Assembly: GCA_963748625.1 (NCBI GenBank)
Contig: CAVVJT010000007.1
Coordinates: 1-64,000 of the forward strand
DNA length: 64,000 bases
Direction of reading: 5' to 3'
Origin: an uncultured Chloroflexia bacterium
Lineage (GTDB): Bacteria; Chloroflexota; Limnocylindria; Limnocylindrales; CSP1-4
The notes under the pieces are model-generated. The model saw only the letters and a program-made list of their open reading frames with translations, was not told the DNA's origin and did no database searches. Shown one piece after another: positions 40,892 to 50,065 of this stretch. Every line of letters starts with the position of its first letter. The stretch's first letter is position 1. Made by a program: the position numbers and the translations under genes.

Positions 40892-41842
40892 ATGAGCGAC
40901 CGCGCGACGCTCATCGTCAGCCCGCTCGCCTCGCGCATCCGTGACGAGGACGCGCGCCGGCGGGTCGTCGACGGTGTCCGGGCCGCGGTCGCGCGTCGAG
41001 GCATCGACGACCTCGGGGTCGTGGAGACGGGCGTGCCCGCCGAGATCCGGACTGCCGCGGCGACCGCGGTGGCCGATGGGACGGCGCTGGTCGTGATCGC
41101 GGGCGGCGACGGCACCGTCCGCGACGCCTCGGCGCCGTTGACCGCGAGCGGCGTCCCCGTCGGCATCGTCCCCTGCGGCACGGGCAACCTGTTCGCCACC
41201 GCCGTCCGCCTGCCCCGCGACATCGGCAAAGCGATCGCCGCTCTGGAGACCGGCACGCCGACGCCGTTCGACGCGGCGCAGGTCCGGCTGCTCGGGGCAC
41301 TCGGGCCGGAGGCCGAGGACACCGACGTCGGTCCGGTGCCGTTCGTGGTTGCCTGCGGCACGGGGTTCGACGCCCGGATGATCGCCGGCACCAGCCGCGA
41401 GATGAAGCGGCGGTACGGCGTCGCCGCGTACTTCCTCACCGCGAGCAAGCTGCTGGGGAGCCTGGCCCCGGCGCCCACGCGGATCACCGTGGACGGTGAG
41501 ACGCTCGAGCTGACCTCCGTGGTGGCGCTGATCGCCAACTGCGGCGAGGTGGTCCCCGGCGTGCTCCGGCCCCGCCTGCCCGTCGAGGCCGACGACGGCC
41601 TGCTCCACGTGTTCGTGCTGCCCATGGGGGGCATCGTGGGCGGGGCGCGCGGGGTGCTCGAGCTCCTCATGGCTGAGAGCGGCGGAATCTCCCCGTCGGG
41701 TGCGGCGGCGAGGCTCGCGGGCACCCACGTCCGGATCGAGGTGGACCCGGTCGCTCCGACACAGGTGGACGGGGATGCATTTCCGGCGGCCGGCCTGGAG
41801 GCCACGATCACGCCGGGCGGACTCCTGGTGGTGCGGGCGTAG
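40892..41842 (+). CDS. Diacylglycerol kinase-family lipid kinase
   Basis: GGDGT, PCGTGN, GFDA, QVDGD. Confidence 0.9.
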   Translation: MSDRATLIVSPLASRIRDEDARRRVVDGVRAAVARRGIDDLGVVETGVPAEIRTAAATAVADGTALVVIAGGDGTVRDASAPLTASGVPVGIVPCGTGNLFATAVRLPRDIGKAIAALETGTPTPFDAAQVRLLGALGPEAEDTDVGPVPFVVACGTGFDARMIAGTSREMKRRYGVAAYFLTASKLLGSLAPAPTRITVDGETLELTSVVALIANCGEVVPGVLRPRLPVEADDGLLHVFVLPMGGIVGGARGVLELLMAESGGISPSGAAARLAGTHVRIEVDPVAPTQVDGDAFPAAGLEATITPGGLLVVRA

Positions 41843-41949
41843 CCGACCGCCGGGCCCGGGTGCCGCGGGTGGACCCGGCCCGGGGGCCGGGGCCGGGTGG
41901 ACCCGCGACGCGGGTGCCGCAGGGGCCGCAGGGGCCGCACCTCCCCGGT

Positions 41950-42062
41950 TGCCCCACCTGGGGGCCGAATCCCGGGGTTTCGTGCGGGCCATGCGCGAGG
42001 AAGTCGACCTTTCCAGCGCAGTCCGTGCGTGGCCGGCCGCGAAACGGCCCCCACGTGGGGCG
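41950..42062. repeat. 113-bp element, copy 5 (divergent interior)
   Basis: Same termini (TGCCCCACCTGGGGG...CCCCCACGTGGGGCG) and length. Confidence 0.8.
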
Positions 42063-42133
42063 AAACCACGTCTCAGGGCCACGTGGGCCGATCCCCATCT
42101 CCGGGGGGCCAGCTGGAAGGCCCGTTCGGCGAC

Positions 42134-44040
42134 TCAGGCCTCCGCCAGCACCACCACCTTGTCGGCCGTGCCGAAGCGTGATCCGCGCGTCGCGACCCGG
42201 GTTGAGGACCACGCCGTACGATGCGGCGGCGTCCGTGGCTCCGGCCGCCAGCCGGTAGCCAAGGGCGACCTCGCCGCGACCCTGCGCCGCAGCCTGGAGC
42301 GTCGCGAAGGACACCTCCCGCCCGGCCTGCACGTAGGCCGACGCGTCCCGCATGTACACCTCGGCGCCGTCCGCGTCGAAGAGGTCGCGGAACACGTCGG
42401 CGAGCTCGGGGGTCTCGGCGATCTGCGCCAGCAGCAGCGACAGCACACGCGCAGCTGACGATGAAGTCGTCGGCCTGGGCGACCTCGGCCAGCTCGCGGT
42501 TCCGCTCGTCGAGCATCTCGGACACGATGGAGAAGCTGCGTCCGCACTGCGAGCCGATGTCGCGCAGGTGGAGCAGCGTGAGCAGGATCCGGGCGTCGGC
42601 GATGTCGGGATCGCGGTCGTCGGCCTCGCACAGCACGATGACGTGGTTGAACGACTGGATGTCGAGCGCGTCGAGGACGGCGCGGTTGGTCGTGTTCGCC
42701 ATGCGACCGGTGAGCGCTGATGTTGCGCGAGGCCCGTGACCTCGCCCGCCTCGGGCAGGACCCGGTCGAGGCCGGAGACGGCGAGGACCTCGGAGCCGGG
42801 CGCCACGTAGGCATCGAGCTCGCGGATCACGGCTGCGGCGTGCCGGTTCCAGCCGATGCACCAGGGTGCGCTCCGGGAGCCGGCGTGACGGACACGGGCG
42901 CGACGATGGCGTCGGCCTCCACGGCTCCTGCGGCAGCGGCCACGCGCTCGGAACCATGGTCCTCCGCCAGCAGCACGAGCGCGTCCTCGGGACCGATCAC
43001 CCGGTCGGGCGGCGGACACAGCGTGCGCCTCCCCGTCACGGACGATCCCGGCCGGGATGGCGCCCGTGACCCGCTCGACCGCCTCGCCGAAGGTCCGCCC
43101 GGCCAGCTCCGGGATCCGTGCCACGTGGAGCTCGTGGCCGCTGAAGTCGAGCAGCTCGAGGTACACCGCGGACAGGCCGGACTGGCGGCAGGTCTGGGCG
43201 ACGATGCGGGACACCAGCTCGTCGGCGAGCAGCAGGTGGACCTCTGCGCCGGCGATGAGCTTGGCGATGCCCGCGCTCGCCTGGTCCTTCACCTCGGCCA
43301 CGATCCGGTACGGCTCGGGTCGCCGGTCGACGCGACCGGTGAGCGCGAGGATCGTCTTGAGCACGTTCACGTCGGGATCGTCGCCGTCGCGACTGGAGCA
43401 CGACGATCGCACGTGCCTCGTCGGGGTTGCCGATCCGCAGATCGGACAGCGAGGTGGGCCGGCCCGAGCGGCAGACGATGCGCACACGGCGCGGGATCGG
43501 TCACCCGCTCGCGGATCGCCTCCTCCATCTCGATCCGGTCCTGGTCGGCCAGCACCACGATCGTCGTGCGCCGCCGGCTCACGCCCGCCTCGATCAGCTC
43601 CGCGATGACCGGGAAGATCTGCTGGCTCCAGCCGAGGATCAGCACGTGGTCACGCTCCAGCACCCGGGAGCGACCCTTGCGCAGCTCGGCCAGCTTGTCG
43701 CTGATGCCGTTGCTCAGGATGCCGATGAGGGTGCTGATGATGAAGATGCCGGTGAGGGTGACCGCGAGCATGCCGAACCGGAACTGCGGCGCGCCCGTCG
43801 TCGCCGCCCATGGTCCCGGGATCCAGGGTGCGCATCAGCGACATCCAGAGCAGCTGCGGGATCGACGTTGCCCTCGTCGCCGCGCACGATCACCAGGACG
43901 ACTGACGATCGCGACGATCAGCAGCACCGAGATGACGGCCAGCCCCAGGATCAGCGCGAACGGTGCCGCGCTCCATGAAGCGGTCGAAGCGGTAGCTCAG
44001 GCGCTCGCGCGAGCCCGGGGGCGGAAGCGTGTCGATCCAT
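42134..44040 (-). CDS. CASTOR/POLLUX-like ion channel with RCK domains, many frameshifts
   Basis: MSLMRTLDPGTMGGD, LRKGRSRVLE.DHVLILGW, AQTCRQSGLSAVYLELLDF, ILLTLLHLRDI, IVSEM, ADDFIVS. Confidence 0.82.
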
Positions 44041-44134
44041 GGCGCGGAGTATTGCCTCAGCCGGTCGTGGCCGCGAGCGGCCGAATGGGCAGGTCAGGCC
44101 GTCCGGACGCGCACCAGCGGCGGCGAGCCGGGCG

Positions 44135-44640
44135 TCAGCACGTCGGAGCGGGCGCAGCGGCGGCGCGCGTCCGCCAGCCCCAGGTCACAGTCCAGAAGAC
44201 GAACCCGAGGCCGAGGCCGTCGTCGCATCCAGCGGGGAGGTCTGCGGACGAGAGGCCGACGGGGTCCGGCACCCGAGGCTGCGCCGATCGGGCCGCGGGC
44301 CGATGCCGCGCAGCAGGTCCGCGAGGCCGATGCCGCGCCGCACGATCCGCCACAGGCAGACGTGGAGCGGCGCCTCGACCAGGACGACCACGTCGGCGCG
44401 GGCCAGGCGCCCGGCCCAGCCCGCCCGGGAGAGGTAGCCGCCGTCGAGCACCCAGGCGTCGCCAGCGATCGCGGCGGCGTGGCGGGCATCGAAGTCGGCG
44501 GCCGGCACCGGCCTCCAGCCGGACGCCCATGCGAGCGGGTCGAGGTGCACCACCGGCAGCCCGAGCGCCGCGCCGAGCGCCAGCGCGACCGTCGTCTTGC
44601 CCGCCCCCGCTCGTCCGATGACAGCGATCCGGCGTGGCAT
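44135..44640 (-). CDS. Adenylate kinase-like P-loop protein (FlaR/topology-modulation type); 3' end uncertain
   Basis: RIAVIGRAGAGKTT, HLD..W, WVLDGGY. Confidence 0.75.
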
Positions 44641-44854
44641 GCACGAGGCGCCGCGGCTGCCCTCGTCCATACCGTCGTGCGCGTCGGGCAATAGCTCAAC
44701 CCTGGCCGGTCGCGCGGATGCTCCGCACGCACCACGACGGCCTCCTGGTCGCGCCTCAAGGCCTGATTCGCGTCGCGCAGGTGCTCCAGCGGCAACGCGG
44801 CGACACGCCGTGACCCATCTATTGCTCCGTGCGCACGCGCCGCCAACTGCCACC

Positions 44855-44902
44855 TTGACAACCTTAGATGCGTCATGCATAACTGCAGCATACATCTAAG
44901 GT
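44855..44902 (+). promoter_or_regulatory. nrtR promoter with overlapping operator inverted repeat
   Basis: TTGACA-N17-CATAAC; perfect IR ACCTTAGATG (44861-44870) / CATCTAAGGT (44893-44902). Confidence 0.65.
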
Positions 44903-44938
44903 CGACCGGCGACCTGGACGCCCGGGAAGGACCCACAC

Positions 44939-45661
44939 GTGGACATCGACGAGCAGGCCTACCTCGCATCCTATGACGCCAGCCGCTACGCACGGCCATC
45001 GGTCACCGTGGACGTCGTGCTCCTGACGGTCGAGGACGGCGATGTCCGCGTCCTGCTGACCCGCCGCGCGGACCAGCCGTACAAGCACCACTGGTCGCTG
45101 GTGGGCACCTTCCTCGACGTGGATGAGACGCTCGATGCGACTGCCGCCCGTGCCCTCCACGCGAAGGCCGGCCTCGAGGACGTCTTCGTCGAGCAGCTCT
45201 ACACCTTCGGCGACCTGGGCCGGGACCCGCGCACCCGGGTGCTGAGCGTCGCGTACTACGCCCTCGTGGAGCCCGCACGCCTGCAGGCCGCCGTCCAGGC
45301 GCGCGGCGGGACCCACCTGCGCCTCGCAACGGTCGCCGGCGAGGTCGCCGTGGACGTGGACGGCACGCCCCTGGCCCTCCCCTTCGACCACGCGGAGATC
45401 CTCGCGGCGGCCATCCGCCGGATTCGCGGCAAGCTCGGCTACTCCAACATCGGCTTCGAGCTGCTGGGCGAGGCATTCACCCTGCGTGACCTGCGCCTGG
45501 TCTACGAGGCACTCCTGGGCCACGCCCTCAACAAGGACTCGTTCCGCAGGACCGTGCTGGCACGCGACGTCGTCGAGCCCACCGGCGAGGTCCTCACGGG
45601 TGTGGGCCATCGCCCCCCGGCGCTCTACCGCTTCCGCCCGCGCCAGACCCGGGAGGTGTGA
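44939..45661 (+). CDS. nrtR: Nudix-related transcriptional regulator
   Basis: PSVTVDVV, degenerate Nudix box, EQLYTFG..RDPR, LPFDH..I, FTL..L..YE, FRR, RPPALY. Confidence 0.9.
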   Translation: MDIDEQAYLASYDASRYARPSVTVDVVLLTVEDGDVRVLLTRRADQPYKHHWSLVGTFLDVDETLDATAARALHAKAGLEDVFVEQLYTFGDLGRDPRTRVLSVAYYALVEPARLQAAVQARGGTHLRLATVAGEVAVDVDGTPLALPFDHAEILAAAIRRIRGKLGYSNIGFELLGEAFTLRDLRLVYEALLGHALNKDSFRRTVLARDVVEPTGEVLTGVGHRPPALYRFRPRQTREV

Positions 45662-45662
45662 C

Positions 45663-46304
45663 GTGACCTCGATCGACCTCTCCTTCCTCCTTCCCTGGCT
45701 GGAGCCGGCAGCCGTCCTGACCGGGATCGCCTGCGTGGCGCTCACCGTGCGCCAGCGCATCGCGAACTGGCCCGTCGGCATCGTGTCGTCCGCGCTGTTC
45801 GCCACGCTGTTCCTGGGCGTCGGGCTCTACGCCGACTCGCTGCTGCAGCTGGTCTACATCGGCCTGGGCCTCTATGGCTGGTGGTACTGGCTGCACGGGG
45901 GCCTGAAGGGCGACGAGCTGCCGGTGACCTTCGCCTCGACGCGGCTGCGCGTGGGCATGGCGGTGGTGGTGCTGGGGGCGATCGCCGGCGTGGGCACGTT
46001 CCTCGCCACGGTGACGGACTCGACGCTCCCCTACCCGGACGCCGCCACGATGGTGCTCAGCCTGGCCGCCCAGGTCCTGCTCACGCGCAAGCACATCGAG
46101 ACCTGGCCTGTCTGGATCTTCGGGGTGAACCTGCCGTACATCGCGATCTACCTCTACAAGGGGCTCGCGCTGACGGCCGGCCTGCAGCTGGTCTTCATCG
46201 CCCTCTCCGTGGCGGGCTGGATCGCCTGGCGGCGGTCGATGCGCACGACGGCGGCTCCAGCCGCTACCCGGGCGCCGACCGCGGTGCTGCCGGAGGTGGC
46301 GTGA
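45663..46304 (+). CDS. pnuC: Nicotinamide riboside transporter
   Basis: NWPVGI, LYADSLLQ, YGWWYW, PYPDA, AQVLLTRKHIETW. Confidence 0.9.
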   Translation: MTSIDLSFLLPWLEPAAVLTGIACVALTVRQRIANWPVGIVSSALFATLFLGVGLYADSLLQLVYIGLGLYGWWYWLHGGLKGDELPVTFASTRLRVGMAVVVLGAIAGVGTFLATVTDSTLPYPDAATMVLSLAAQVLLTRKHIETWPVWIFGVNLPYIAIYLYKGLALTAGLQLVFIALSVAGWIAWRRSMRTTAAPAATRAPTAVLPEVA

Positions 46305-47308
46305 TGACCACCGCGCTCGTCCTGGGCAAGTTCCTGCCGCCCCACGCGGGACACGCCCACCTGGCCGAACAGGCCCGCGGGATGGCCGACGAGGTGGTCG
46401 TGGCGCTCCTGGCCAACTCGCACGAGCCCATCCCGGTGGAGATGCGCCATCGCTGGCTCACGGAGATGCTGCCCTGGGCAGACGTCCGGTCCGGCGTGGC
46501 CGACCACCGCGTGGACTACGCCGATCCGGCCGCGTACGACACCTGGGCGGCGACCATCCGCGAGGTGACCGGGCGCGACCGCTTCGACCTCCTGCTGACC
46601 TCGGAGCCGGCCTACGGCGACGAGACGGCGGCCCGCCTTGGCGCGCGCCATGTCCTGGTGGACCCGGCGCGGGCGGCCGTGCCCGTGTCGGCGACGGCCA
46701 TCCGCAAGGACCCGTACGCGAACTGGCAGTTCCTGGTGCCGGGCGTCCGCGCCTACTACGCCAGGCGCGTCTGCCTGCTGGGCGCGGAGTCCACGGGCAC
46801 CACGACGATGACCCGGCTCCTGGCCGAGGTCTACGGGACCACCTGGGTGCCCGAGTTCGGGCGCGAGTACAGCCTGCCCAAGGACCTCGCGGGCGACACC
46901 TGGACCACGGCCGACTTCGAGCACATCGCCCGCGAGCAGCAACGCCTCGAAGACGAGGCTGCCCGCACCTGCGACCGAATCCTCTTCTGCGACACCGACG
47001 CGCTGGCCACCGCCATCTGGCACGAGCAGTACCTGGGCGAGCCCGCGCCGTCGGTGATGGAGATCGCCCGCGCCCGTACCTACGACCTGACCTTCCTGAC
47101 AGCCGCGGACGTCCCATGGGTACAGGACGGGACCCGCAACTCCGACGCCGCCCGCCAGTGGATGCAGCGCCGGTTCGAGGCGGAGCTGGCCCTTCGACCC
47201 GAGCCGGTGGTGGAGCTCAAGGGGTCGATCGACCAACGGCTCGGGACCGCGCTCGAGGCCATCGAGCACCACCTGGGGCTCCGGCCCCACGCCAGTCAGA
47301 GGGGGTAG
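46304..47308 (+). CDS. nadR: NadR-like NMN adenylyltransferase / ribosylnicotinamide kinase (no HTH)
   Basis: GKFLPPHAGH, VSATAIR, GAESTGTTT, VPEFGREY, FCDTD, WVQDGTR. Confidence 0.88.
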   Translation: MTTALVLGKFLPPHAGHAHLAEQARGMADEVVVALLANSHEPIPVEMRHRWLTEMLPWADVRSGVADHRVDYADPAAYDTWAATIREVTGRDRFDLLLTSEPAYGDETAARLGARHVLVDPARAAVPVSATAIRKDPYANWQFLVPGVRAYYARRVCLLGAESTGTTTMTRLLAEVYGTTWVPEFGREYSLPKDLAGDTWTTADFEHIAREQQRLEDEAARTCDRILFCDTDALATAIWHEQYLGEPAPSVMEIARARTYDLTFLTAADVPWVQDGTRNSDAARQWMQRRFEAELALRPEPVVELKGSIDQRLGTALEAIEHHLGLRPHASQRG

Positions 47309-47312
47309 CACC

Positions 47313-48812
47313 ATGCGGAACGAGAAGACCGACCGGGAGATCCTGGCGGGCAGACTCGCCGGCGCCGTCTGGGGCCATCTCGTGGGGGACGCCACCGGCG
47401 TGCCGTACGAGTTCGGGCCCGCCATCGCACCCGAAGCCGTCGAGTTCCGCGGCCACGGGACGTACGACAAGCCCGCCGGGACGTGGAGTGACGACGGGGC
47501 GCTGATGCTGGCGCTGCTCGACGTGCTCCTGCCCCAGGGCGACGCGCCGGGCGAGGTCGGCCGACCCACATTCGACCTGGACCGCCAAGCGGCGAACGCA
47601 CTGGCCTGGATCGACACGGGCGCCTTCACGCCCGACGGGATCGTGTTCGACATCGGCGGCACCACCTCGGCGGCGCTGTCGAACCTGCGCCGGGGTGTCC
47701 CGCCCGCCGAGGCCGGGCCTGCCGGTGACCGTGCCGGCGGCAACGGGTCGCTGATGCGGATCCTGCCGCTGGGCCTCGTGTTCCACGATGCGTCGCCCGC
47801 TGCGCTCATCGGGATGGCCACGCTGGCGTCGCGGGTGACCCACGGGCATCCGCGCTGCCAGGTCGCGTGCGCCGTCTACACCCTGGTGGTCGCGGACCTC
47901 CTTCGGGGCATCGATCCCGCAGAAGCCCTTCCGTCCGCGTTCGCCCACTGCGAGCGCGAGTTCCACGAGGAGGGCGAGCACGATCTCCTCGTCGCCCTCG
48001 AGGAGCTGCAGGCCTACCCGAAGCGCACCGGGAGCGGCTACGTCCTCGACGCGTTCTGGTCGGCGTGGAAGGCGTTCTCCACGTCCGCGTCGTACGAGGA
48101 GTCCATTCGCAAGGCCATCGCCTACGGCAAGGACACGGACACGACTGCCGCGATCGCCGGCGGGCTTGCGGGCGCCTGCTGGGGCTGGGACGCCATCCCT
48201 AGACCGTGGCTGCGTGGCATGCGCGGCCACAAGGTGGCACAGCCACTCGTGGACCGCCTGGTCCGGTCGGCGACCGGGGCGAAGACTTCGTCGTCCAACC
48301 CGCTCCGCGTGGACTCGATGGGCGAGCCGTGGCCCAACCTTGGGATCACCTTCCTGCCGGGCAAGAAGCTCGACGGCTACACCGGCCTCCACCACCGCGA
48401 CCTGCCCGCCGACATCGCGCGGCTGGAGGCCCTCGGGGTCGACATCCTCGTCGAGCACGTCGAGGCCTTCGAGCTGGTGCGCTCTGGCGTCCCGGACTTC
48501 GAGGAGGCGTTGGCGGCCAGCACGGTTGTGCTCGTGCGCTACCCCATCGTCGACCTCAAGGCCCCGCCGGACCTGCCGTCCTACCGGGCGCTCGTCCGCG
48601 AGATCGCAGGCTGGGTGCGGGAGGGGCGCTCGGTCGCCGTGGCGTGTCGGGGCGGCCTGGACCGCTCGGGCATGACGACGGCCTGCGTCCTGGTCGACCT
48701 TGGCATGGATCCCGAGGCCGCCATCGACCGTGTCCACGCCGGGCGGCACCAGTCCCTCAGTATGCGTGAGGAGCAGGACGTGGTCCGCAGCTGGACGCGC
48801 ACCACGGTCTAG
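47313..48812 (+). CDS. ADP-ribosylglycohydrolase fused to a dual-specificity/tyrosine phosphatase domain
   Basis: GDATGVPYEF, WSDD, DIGGTT, GNGSLMR, THGHP, DTDTTAAIAGGLAG; C-terminal CRGGLDR (CX5R). Confidence 0.9.
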   Translation: MRNEKTDREILAGRLAGAVWGHLVGDATGVPYEFGPAIAPEAVEFRGHGTYDKPAGTWSDDGALMLALLDVLLPQGDAPGEVGRPTFDLDRQAANALAWIDTGAFTPDGIVFDIGGTTSAALSNLRRGVPPAEAGPAGDRAGGNGSLMRILPLGLVFHDASPAALIGMATLASRVTHGHPRCQVACAVYTLVVADLLRGIDPAEALPSAFAHCEREFHEEGEHDLLVALEELQAYPKRTGSGYVLDAFWSAWKAFSTSASYEESIRKAIAYGKDTDTTAAIAGGLAGACWGWDAIPRPWLRGMRGHKVAQPLVDRLVRSATGAKTSSSNPLRVDSMGEPWPNLGITFLPGKKLDGYTGLHHRDLPADIARLEALGVDILVEHVEAFELVRSGVPDFEEALAASTVVLVRYPIVDLKAPPDLPSYRALVREIAGWVREGRSVAVACRGGLDRSGMTTACVLVDLGMDPEAAIDRVHAGRHQSLSMREEQDVVRSWTRTTV

Positions 48813-49202
48813 TGTCTCGTGCCGCCAATGGCTGGCGGATACCCCTGCGTGCCCGTGCCGCTGGTCGGAAGCGGCATCACCGGGCGTCTCCCACGACGGC
48901 TGCTGCCGTGCGCACCCGGCGCGCACACGGAGCGGTGACGTCGCGGGATGTGCGCCCCGTGCTCCGCCCGTGCGCTCCGCCAGGGTCCCGATGGCACGAC
49001 CTGCGCACCAGCCGCGCATCGAGCGCTGCCGCCGCACCGTGTGATCGTCTGGCGCACAGCCGGAGGGCGCTCACCGTGCGTTGCCACAAGCATGCAGGCC
49101 GTCCGGCACCGGTCTGCATGCTCCGGCGATGGGATCCGAGACTCTGCCGGGGGACCATGGGACCTGCGAGCGACCCAGTCGTCGCCGCGCCCCGAGGTTC
49201 CC

Positions 49203-49787
49203 ATGACGCTCCCGCTCCCGACCACCCGCACCGTGGCCCCGCCGTTCCCCGAGGCCCCGGTCATCGACCGGATGACCGGGGATGGCCGCGCCGCGCTGCT
49301 GGGCCTGGCCTGGGCCGCGTGGTACAGCTCCCGCTCCGATGCCGCCCGGCACGCCCTGGCCGATATCGACGCCAACGACCCCCTGCTCGTCGCCCGTGCG
49401 GCCGGTGTGACCACAGAGGCCATCCTCAAGCTGCTGCGTCTCCGCCGTGTGACCGCGGGCGATCCCGAGACCAGGGCGCTGGTTGACGGGCTCCTCGGTG
49501 GTGCACCCGTCCTCCACCCGCCCGTGCCCCTGCGCGAGGTGATGGAGGCCACGGACGATGACCGGCGTCGCATGCTCGCCCGCGCACGCTCGGAGCTCGC
49601 GCTGCTGCCGCGGGAGGACGTCGACGTGATCGCTGGGGTGGTCGCCTACCTCGTCGGCACGGAGGTGGACTATGCGAAGGCAAGCGTCCGCGAGGCGCCC
49701 GGCGCCCGCGGCTACACGCGATCGGTGCTCCAGGCGCTCGGCCTCCCGATCCATTCCTACATGCCGCGGCTGAGGAGCTGGCTCTAG
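49203..49787 (+). CDS. Hypothetical protein
   Basis: GAGG RBS before ATG; high GC3. Confidence 0.6.
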   Translation: MTLPLPTTRTVAPPFPEAPVIDRMTGDGRAALLGLAWAAWYSSRSDAARHALADIDANDPLLVARAAGVTTEAILKLLRLRRVTAGDPETRALVDGLLGGAPVLHPPVPLREVMEATDDDRRRMLARARSELALLPREDVDVIAGVVAYLVGTEVDYAKASVREAPGARGYTRSVLQALGLPIHSYMPRLRSWL

Positions 49788-50065
49788 GGGCCACGCCGGC
49801 AGCCACGGCCAACGGCGGCACGTCCCTCCGCCGCCGACGCACCTCCGCTCCACCGCCCCGCTGTCACGTCCCGACGGCGGGGCGGTTCACCGTGGGGGTC
49901 CAGCAGGCGATGTCGGGGTCCAACTGCGCGACATCCGGGGCCAGCGGCCTGGCATTCGGGGCCAACAGCGCGACGGCCGACACGGCATGATGGCGGCAAC
50001 CACCGTGGCCGGGAACGGGCAGGGAGCCGTTGCCGTTGCCACCGTGGTGCAACGAGGGGCACTCG

